Assembly (NCBI GenBank): GCA_024643795.1
Contig: JAHEMF010000009.1
Location: 15,955 to 79,954, forward strand
Direction: 5' to 3'
Origin: Bacteroidota bacterium
GTDB taxonomy: Bacteria > Bacteroidota > Bacteroidia > AKYH767-A > OLB10
DNA length: 64,000 nt
Positions 57,185-64,000 of the stretch are shown one piece after another. The position numbers and the translations under genes are program-made. The notes below the pieces were generated by a model that saw nothing but the letters and a program-made list of their open reading frames with translations, was not told where the DNA came from and did not search any database. Every line of letters starts with the position of its first letter. Within the stretch, counting starts at the first letter, position 1.

Positions 57185-59344
57185 ATGAACCTATTCTTTA
57201 CCCGTGTTTTAGGAATTGCAGCTGTATCCATACTCATGTTGCAAATACCCGGTTATACTCAAACTGCAGCAGAGCTGACCAACGATTGGTGTGTAACACA
57301 TGAAATGTATGAACAGCAACTTAATATTAATCCCGAACTAAGAGCTAAAGTTGAGCAGTGGGAAAAGGAGGGGCAGGAAAACATGAACAAAGTGCTCAAC
57401 AATAAGAGTACGCAGAGCACGCAAAAAGGCAGCTCGGTTGTGAAGATCATTCCTGTAGTGTTTCATGTTATTCACGAAGGCGGTCCAGAAAATATTTCAA
57501 GAGCACAGCTTGAGAATCAGATAGACATATTAAATGCCGATTTCAGAAGATTGAATGCCGACACATCTGCTACACCTGCTGTGTTCAAGCCACTAAGTGG
57601 AGATACTGAAGTTGAATTTAAAATAGCTACTCTCGATCCTAATGGAAATTGTACCGATGGAGTTGTGAGGGTTTACTCCTCGTTAACCAACAGTGCCAGT
57701 CCACGTGATCTTGTCAAAGGCTTGAGTTACTGGCCAAGCAATAAGTATCTCAATATCTGGATCGTTAAATCTATCGCTCCATCATCAGGAACAGTTGGAA
57801 TTGTAGCGGGTTACGCACAGTTTCCCGGAATAGGTTCAACAACAACTGACGGGGTCGTGTTCCGTCATGACTTCACAGGCGCTATTGGCACTGCAAATGC
57901 TTCAAATGCAGGCAGAACAGCAACACATGAAGTAGGTCATTGGCTGGGACTTTATCATATATGGGGTGACGATGGCACTGCGTGTACAGGTTCAGATCAG
58001 GTTTCTGATACACCAAATCAGGCTGGACCAAATCAGACCACCTGCCCCTCATGGCCAAAAATATCTTGTAGTAACGGTCCCAATGGTGAGATGTTCACGA
58101 ACTATATGGACTATACCCGTGGCAACTGCCAAAACATGTTTTCGGTAGGGCAATCAAACAGAATGAATGCAGTTCTCAACGGCTCATTTGGAGGACTTGC
58201 AGCAGGTCGGCCGAATTTGTATACACCTGCAAATCTTATAGCCACCGGTACAGATCCCGGATCAACACCAACACTTTGTGCTCCGGTAGCGGCATTTAAT
58301 TTTCAAAATCAAACTATTTGTGAAGGCACCAGCTTAACTTTTACTGATGGTTCATGGAACGGCACACCTGATACCTGGAGCTGGAGTTTCCCGGGAGGAA
58401 CACCTTCAACTTCTAGCGACCAAAATCCATTTATAACCTATAACACTCCCGGGGTATATGATGTTACTCTTACTGTATCAAACGTCGCAGGTAGTGATAC
58501 TTACACGGCTACCGGAATCATCAAAGTTGAACCTGCTGTTGGCTCTTACGGAATCCCTTTTGCCGAAAGCTTTGAGAACATTGCATTTCCCGGGACAGAT
58601 TGGCAGATCGAGAATGAAAACGGTAATACCTGGGAGCAAAATACACTAGCAGCTAAAACAGGAGCTAATTCTATTTACATAAATAATTATTCGGGAAATC
58701 CCCCGGGAACGGATGTATTCATCACTCCGGCGTATAATCTCTCATGGTCCACAGCTCATTCGCTGACCTTTGAACTTGCATTTGCAATTCGTTCAACATC
58801 GTCAACCGATCAGTTGAAAGTGTATGCTTCTACAACATGCGGACAAATTTGGAACATCAGATATACTAAAGCCGGCGCAAGTCTTGCCACAGCAGGTTTA
58901 GTATCACAACCATTCTTTCCAACAGCGGGTCAGTGGGCTACACAATCAGCCAGCATTTCTTCTTCATCATACAACAACAAGCCGAATGTTCGTTTCAAAT
59001 TTGAATACACTCAAAATTCCGGTAACAATATTTTCATTGATGATATAAATATTGACGGCACAGTTGGCATTGACGAATCATTTGCCGAATCACTAAACCT
59101 GAATGTGTATCCGAACCCGGCACAGTCTGTTGCTACAGTAAGTTTTAATCTGGAAGGATCACACAAGGTATATATCGATGTTATTGATGTGATGGGAAAA
59201 GTGGTTAACAAGATCACGGAAATGGAACTCAATGCAGGAGAATATCAATTTGAACTCCCGGCGAATCTGGCCAACGGATTGTACAGCGTTCGTTTGTTTA
59301 TCGATGGTCGCTCTACCTCTAAGAATATTCTTATTAACCAATAA
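57185..59344 (+). CDS. M43-family (cytophagalysin/pappalysin-like) zinc metalloprotease with PKD-like domain, beta-sandwich domain and T9SS type-A CTD - paralog 1
   Basis: Signal peptide plus propeptide. HEVGHWLGLYHIWGDD (HExxHxxGxxH) and Met-turn NYMDY. C-terminus LNVYPNPAQSVATVSF...GLYSVRLF. Confidence 0.8.
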   Translation: MNLFFTRVLGIAAVSILMLQIPGYTQTAAELTNDWCVTHEMYEQQLNINPELRAKVEQWEKEGQENMNKVLNNKSTQSTQKGSSVVKIIPVVFHVIHEGGPENISRAQLENQIDILNADFRRLNADTSATPAVFKPLSGDTEVEFKIATLDPNGNCTDGVVRVYSSLTNSASPRDLVKGLSYWPSNKYLNIWIVKSIAPSSGTVGIVAGYAQFPGIGSTTTDGVVFRHDFTGAIGTANASNAGRTATHEVGHWLGLYHIWGDDGTACTGSDQVSDTPNQAGPNQTTCPSWPKISCSNGPNGEMFTNYMDYTRGNCQNMFSVGQSNRMNAVLNGSFGGLAAGRPNLYTPANLIATGTDPGSTPTLCAPVAAFNFQNQTICEGTSLTFTDGSWNGTPDTWSWSFPGGTPSTSSDQNPFITYNTPGVYDVTLTVSNVAGSDTYTATGIIKVEPAVGSYGIPFAESFENIAFPGTDWQIENENGNTWEQNTLAAKTGANSIYINNYSGNPPGTDVFITPAYNLSWSTAHSLTFELAFAIRSTSSTDQLKVYASTTCGQIWNIRYTKAGASLATAGLVSQPFFPTAGQWATQSASISSSSYNNKPNVRFKFEYTQNSGNNIFIDDINIDGTVGIDESFAESLNLNVYPNPAQSVATVSFNLEGSHKVYIDVIDVMGKVVNKITEMELNAGEYQFELPANLANGLYSVRLFIDGRSTSKNILINQ

Positions 59345-59431
59345 TTCATAAAAAGCTGTAGTATCAGATCGCTATCAGCTTTATAAATGTTTAAACCTAT
59401 CAGCCTATGTACAGCTGATGAATTTACTTGC

Positions 59432-61564
59432 ATGAAAAAATCTACTTACCTGTTTACAGTTTTTATTTCATTAACAATATTACTGCTTGTAAATAATTCT
59501 CTTGCACAAACTTCAGGCGTAGAAAAGGTTTGCGGATCAACGGAATATTTTGATCAAATGTCAAAGGCCGATCCTGATTTTGTGAGAAACCTGCAGACCC
59601 TTGAAGATGAAACAGCAAAGCATGTAGGCCATTATTTGGAACAAAGAAAACTCAGGGCCGGGCAAAAAAGCAGTGGCTCAGCTATAAAGACTATACCGGT
59701 TGTGTTCCATATTATTCATTACGGGGGTGTTGAGAATATTTCAAAAGCCCAGATCCTTAGTAGTATGGAAGTTTTGAATGAGGGTTTCAGAAAGCAGAAT
59801 GCAGATACAGTAAATATTCCTGGCGTGTTTAAACCGCTCGCTGCCGACAGTGAAATAGAATTCAAACTGGCAACACTTGATCCTAACGGTAACTGTACGG
59901 ATGGCATTGTACGTATTTTCTCTGCATTGACATATGGAGGTAGCAACAACCTTAAGGGTCTTAATTATTGGCCGAGTGACCAATATTTAAATGTATGGGT
60001 AGCCAACTCTCCTATCTCAGCGGGCTCAGGTAATCCTGTTGCCGGATATGCTCAGTTTCCTGGAGGTAATCCACTTACTGATGGCATAGTGATGGCGTAT
60101 GATTATGTAGGAACAGTTGGAAATGTAAATGTGGCAAGCGCAGGACGGACCATAGTTCACGAAGTTGGACACTGGTTAAACCTGCGACATATATGGGGAG
60201 ACGATAGCGGGGCATGTACAGGAACTGATTTTGTTAATGATACACCTAACCAAGGAGATAATAATTTAGGCTCTTGCCCAACATGGCCAAAGATATCTTG
60301 CAACAATGGGCCTAATGGAGAGATGTTCTCAAATTATATGGACTACACAACAGGCACCTGCAGGCTTATGTTCTCTCTCGGACAGTCTGCTCGTATGGAC
60401 GCAGCACTGAATTCTTCGGTGAGTGGAAGAGATAACTTGTGGTCCGCATCTAATTTGATTGCTACAGGTACTGATCCCGGAGCAATCAGTTCATTGTGTG
60501 CGCCTGTTGCTGCTTTTAATGACCAAAGTCAACTAGTATGTGAAGGAGCCACACTTATTTTCAAAGATGGCTCATGGAATGGTGATGTAGCATCCTGGTC
60601 ATGGAGTTTTCCGGGGGGAACACCTGCAACTTCTACAGACTCTATTGTTTCTGTGACATATAACACTGCCGGTGTATACGACGTTACACTCACCGCAACA
60701 AATGCATCAGGATCTGATACATATACCGCTAATGGAATCATTACGGTTGTACCTGCCATAGGACAAAATGGGATTCCATATTCTGAGAGTTTTGAAAACA
60801 TAACTTTTCCCGGATCAGAATGGACCATAGAAAATGAATTTGGTAATACCTGGGAACAGAACACACTGGCAGCGAAGAGCGGAAGCAACTCTGTTTACAT
60901 CAACAACTTTTCCGGAAACCCTCCGGGTACAGATGTCTTCATCACCCCATCTTACAATTTATCCTGGTCAACATCGCACTCCATGACGTTTGAGCTGGCA
61001 TTCGCAATTCGTTCAACATCTTCAACCGACCAGTTAAGGGTTTATGCATCTACAACCTGTGGACAGATTTGGAATATAAGATATACAAAAGCCGGGCAAA
61101 ATCTGGCTACAGCCGGACTGGTTTCTCAGGCATTCTTCCCGGGTTCAAATGACTGGGCTACCCAATCAGTGAGTATCTCATCATCATCTTATAATAACAA
61201 ACCCAATGTCCGTTTCAAATTTGAATACACTCAGAATTCAGGGAACAATATCTTTATTGATGATATTAACATCAACGGGACTGTGGGAATTGATGAAGCA
61301 TTTGCTGAATCATTGGATATGAATGTATATCCAAATCCTGCACAAGCGGTTGCAACTGTCAGTTTCAATCTCGAAAGCTCCCATAAAGTATATATAGATG
61401 TTGTGGATGTGATGGGAAGAGTGGTGAATCAGATCACCGAGGTAGAACTTAATGCAGGGGAATATCAATTCGAACTTCCCGGCAACCTTGCTAACGGCTT
61501 GTATAATGTAAGATTATTCATCGATGGCAATTCTGTCTCAAAGAAGATATTGATCAATAATTAA
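59432..61564 (+). CDS. M43-family zinc metalloprotease with T9SS CTD - paralog 2
   Basis: HEVGHWLNLRHIWGDD; NYMDY. The C-terminal 270 aa or so are about 90% identical to paralog 1 by eye. The ATG follows a 15-codon upstream extension in the track. Confidence 0.8.
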   Translation: MKKSTYLFTVFISLTILLLVNNSLAQTSGVEKVCGSTEYFDQMSKADPDFVRNLQTLEDETAKHVGHYLEQRKLRAGQKSSGSAIKTIPVVFHIIHYGGVENISKAQILSSMEVLNEGFRKQNADTVNIPGVFKPLAADSEIEFKLATLDPNGNCTDGIVRIFSALTYGGSNNLKGLNYWPSDQYLNVWVANSPISAGSGNPVAGYAQFPGGNPLTDGIVMAYDYVGTVGNVNVASAGRTIVHEVGHWLNLRHIWGDDSGACTGTDFVNDTPNQGDNNLGSCPTWPKISCNNGPNGEMFSNYMDYTTGTCRLMFSLGQSARMDAALNSSVSGRDNLWSASNLIATGTDPGAISSLCAPVAAFNDQSQLVCEGATLIFKDGSWNGDVASWSWSFPGGTPATSTDSIVSVTYNTAGVYDVTLTATNASGSDTYTANGIITVVPAIGQNGIPYSESFENITFPGSEWTIENEFGNTWEQNTLAAKSGSNSVYINNFSGNPPGTDVFITPSYNLSWSTSHSMTFELAFAIRSTSSTDQLRVYASTTCGQIWNIRYTKAGQNLATAGLVSQAFFPGSNDWATQSVSISSSSYNNKPNVRFKFEYTQNSGNNIFIDDININGTVGIDEAFAESLDMNVYPNPAQAVATVSFNLESSHKVYIDVVDVMGRVVNQITEVELNAGEYQFELPGNLANGLYNVRLFIDGNSVSKKILINN

Positions 61565-61616
61565 TATCCGGATTTAAGGTGCCTAAATCTTTGATTCGGA
61601 ATAAATAGCAAGTTGT

Positions 61617-63743
61617 ATGAGAATAAGTCTACGAGCAATTGTTGAAGTAATTTTTGTTTCAACGCTGATGATGCCCGGTCGTTTGTTTGCACAGGAAATA
61701 TTGCCATGCGGAACATCTGAGAACCACGCAATACTTTTACAGTCCGACCCTCAATTCAGTGAAAATCAGAAGCAGCTTGAAGAATTTACCAACGCACATG
61801 TTGAACAATATTTAACAGACCGTTTACAAAGAGGGTCTCAAAAAGGAAGTGCATCGGTAGTAAAAACTATTCCTGTGGTATTTCATATCATCCATTACGG
61901 AGGGCTTGAAAATATTTCAAAAGCACAGGTACAAAGTGCAATAGATGTGTTAAATGAGGATTTCAGACGCCTCAACTCAGATACGGCGAATACACCCCCG
62001 GCATTTAAGGCAATTGGAGCGGATACTGAGATAGAATTCAAGCTCGCAACACTTGATCCAAATGGTAATTGTACCGATGGAATAGTAAGGGTTTATTCGG
62101 CTTTAACTTATGCAGGCAACAATACAGTTAAACCTCTCAGCTATTGGCCGAATGATATGTACCTGAATGTTTGGGTTGTTGATCAGGCATATCCGTCACC
62201 TAATGATCCAAGAGTTGGATACTCACAATTTCCGGGAGGTAATCCACTTACCGATGGAATAGTAATGTCACACGATTATACTGGAAGAATCGGAACGGCG
62301 GCAAATGGCGAACTGGGCAGATGGATATGCCATGAGGCCGGTCACTCATTCAACTTAAGACATATCTGGGGAGATGCAAATTGTGGTAACGACTTTGTTT
62401 CTGACACTCCTCCGGCAGAAGGATCTCACAGCGGATGCGGCGCTTACCCGTACCATGTGAACTTGTGTGGCGCAGGCAGCAGCCCTGATGGAGAGATGAA
62501 TACCAATTATATGGACTATTCATCAGGAGGATGCCTGAATATCTTTACACTGGGCCAGTCAGCCCGCATGGATGCTGCGTTAAATTCTACTATCAGCGGA
62601 AGGGATAACTTGTGGAGCCCATCAAATCTCACTGCTACCGGAACAGCACCGGGAACACCTCCTTCTGTTTGTGCACCTGTTGCAGCTTTCGCGGATAAAA
62701 ACAGAATTGTTTGCGAGGGAAGTGTGGTTCAGTTTTTTGACGGCTCATACAATTCAGATACTATAAGCTACAGCTGGAGTTTCCCGGGTGGAACACCGGC
62801 AACATCCACAGACAAGGATCCGGTAATTACCTATAATACTACCGGTACTTATGATGTAATTTTAACAGTTTCAAATGCTTTTGGAAACGACACTTATACC
62901 GCAACAGGTATCATTGAGGTTTTGCCCGCAAACGGCCAATACAATGTTCCTTATTGGGAAAGTTTTGAGAATATCACCTTCCCGGGCACAGAATGGCTGA
63001 TTGAAAATGATGGAGGTAACACATGGGAGCAAACCAGTTTGTCGGCCAGAACAGGAACCAATTCTATTTATATAAATAATTACAGTGGAAACCCTCCGGG
63101 GCAAGATGTGTTTATTACACCCACTTACGACCTGTCAGGAACATCTCAAAATTATTTGACTTTTGAACTGGCTTTTGCCATCAGGACCACAGCATCAACA
63201 GACCAATTAAGAGTGTTTGCTTCCACAACGTGCGGCCAATTATGGAATATAAGATATAACAAATCAGGGGCATCACTTTCTACTGCAGGAATCATTTCAT
63301 CACCATTTTTCCCAAATGGGAATCAATGGGCATATCAATCGGTTAATATTGCTTCGTCATCGTATAACAATAAACCCAATGTGAGATTCAAGTTTGAATA
63401 CACACAGCAGTCGGGCAATAATATTTTTATCGATGACATTAATTTGCATAGCCCTGTGGGGATTGAAGATGTTGGTTCAAACGTGAAGGATCTTGAGGTT
63501 TACCCTAATCCCGTACAAACTTTTGCGACTGTAGAGTTTACACTTGATGAGCCTTGTCAGGTATATATTGATGTTGTGGATGTAATGGGGAAAGTAGTTA
63601 ATAAGATTTCAGAAACGCGATTGGATGCAGGGGAATATCAATTTGAATTACCAATGGAACTTCCTGCAGGATTATATAATGTGAGAATATTTACAGACGG
63701 CAAATCTGTATCTAAGAAGATAATTGTAACAGATAATAATTAA
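61617..63743 (+). CDS. M43-family zinc metalloprotease with T9SS CTD - paralog 3 (most diverged)
   Basis: HEAGHSFNLRHIWGD; NYMDY. The Cys pattern around the active site differs (GDANCGNDF...GCGAYPYHVNLCGAG). CTD LEVYPNPVQTFATVEF. Confidence 0.8.
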   Translation: MRISLRAIVEVIFVSTLMMPGRLFAQEILPCGTSENHAILLQSDPQFSENQKQLEEFTNAHVEQYLTDRLQRGSQKGSASVVKTIPVVFHIIHYGGLENISKAQVQSAIDVLNEDFRRLNSDTANTPPAFKAIGADTEIEFKLATLDPNGNCTDGIVRVYSALTYAGNNTVKPLSYWPNDMYLNVWVVDQAYPSPNDPRVGYSQFPGGNPLTDGIVMSHDYTGRIGTAANGELGRWICHEAGHSFNLRHIWGDANCGNDFVSDTPPAEGSHSGCGAYPYHVNLCGAGSSPDGEMNTNYMDYSSGGCLNIFTLGQSARMDAALNSTISGRDNLWSPSNLTATGTAPGTPPSVCAPVAAFADKNRIVCEGSVVQFFDGSYNSDTISYSWSFPGGTPATSTDKDPVITYNTTGTYDVILTVSNAFGNDTYTATGIIEVLPANGQYNVPYWESFENITFPGTEWLIENDGGNTWEQTSLSARTGTNSIYINNYSGNPPGQDVFITPTYDLSGTSQNYLTFELAFAIRTTASTDQLRVFASTTCGQLWNIRYNKSGASLSTAGIISSPFFPNGNQWAYQSVNIASSSYNNKPNVRFKFEYTQQSGNNIFIDDINLHSPVGIEDVGSNVKDLEVYPNPVQTFATVEFTLDEPCQVYIDVVDVMGKVVNKISETRLDAGEYQFELPMELPAGLYNVRIFTDGKSVSKKIIVTDNN

Positions 63744-63749
63744 ACCTTG

Positions 63750-64000
63750 ATGAAAATTTTTAAAATAATTGTAATCCTAGTTTTAACTTCATTCAGCTCG
63801 CTGTTTGCCCAGTCAGGTTATCGGGTTTGTGACACCGAGAATATGGTTAAAAAAGCGTTGCAACAAGATCCAAACTATGCAATTGAAAGAGCAAAGTTGA
63901 ATCAATTCACTTCAGCATACGAAGCAACAAATAGCGCACTTAAAAGCAGCAAAGGAGTGCCATTGTATACTATTCCTGTTGTAGTGCATGTAATACATAA
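63750..64000 (+). CDS. M43-family zinc metalloprotease - paralog 4, N-terminal fragment (3' end beyond window)
   Basis: Signal peptide MKIFKIIVILVLTSFSSLFAQ. The propeptide is collinear with paralogs 1-3, including the conserved IPVVVHVIH. Confidence 0.7.
   Translation, partial: MKIFKIIVILVLTSFSSLFAQSGYRVCDTENMVKKALQQDPNYAIERAKLNQFTSAYEATNSALKSSKGVPLYTIPVVVHVIH

Noticed and set aside
1-64000. CRISPR arrays, transposases, phage genes, toxin-antitoxin or restriction-modification modules
   Set aside because: I saw no regularly spaced short direct repeats, no DDE or serine/tyrosine recombinase motifs, and no RM or TA signatures. The MORN-repeat protein is sometimes called a YwqK 'antitoxin', but it has no toxin partner here.

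Overview
This is a 64 kb chromosomal window that looks Bacteroidota-like, with roughly 40% GC judged by eye. It contains about 50 densely packed genes, one tRNA-Asn(GTT) and no integrase, transposase or CRISPR array. Several genes in the ORF track begin on a TTG or GTG triplet read as M; where a signal peptide follows an internal ATG, I have moved the start to that ATG and said so in the evidence.

The main contents are as follows.

(1) Exopolysaccharide-type operon. A Wzc-like tyrosine autokinase (truncated at the 5' end of the window) and a WecA/MraY-family initiating transferase bracket a type-IX-secretion (T9SS) type-B cargo protein. That cargo protein has a six-bladed NHL propeller and Ig-like repeats, and its cognate PorP/SprF-OmpA membrane partner sits beside it.

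(2) Housekeeping genes: rnr, nadA, rpiB, tdk, dxs, queD, a murF-alr fusion, arfB, a Tat-signal Fe/Mn SOD and trkA.

(3) T9SS cargo density. I count nine proteins with a T9SS C-terminal sorting domain (eight type A, one type B). They include a protein whose N-terminal domain aligns convincingly to the eukaryotic-type lysyl oxidase catalytic domain. They also include a tandem array of four M43 (cytophagalysin/pappalysin-like) zinc metalloprotease paralogs, the last truncated by the window end.

(4) A 430 bp very AT-rich divergent promoter region between nadA and rpiB, carrying repeated ATGAACA/TGTTCAT words.

I did not find a clean, self-contained novel defence or mobile system. The most unusual items are the lysyl-oxidase-like T9SS cargo, which has a TlpA-like oxidoreductase, a TMTC-like TPR membrane protein and a zincin-like protein as neighbours. 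The next most unusual is the M43 array with signs of mosaic divergence, followed by the adhesin embedded in a polysaccharide operon.
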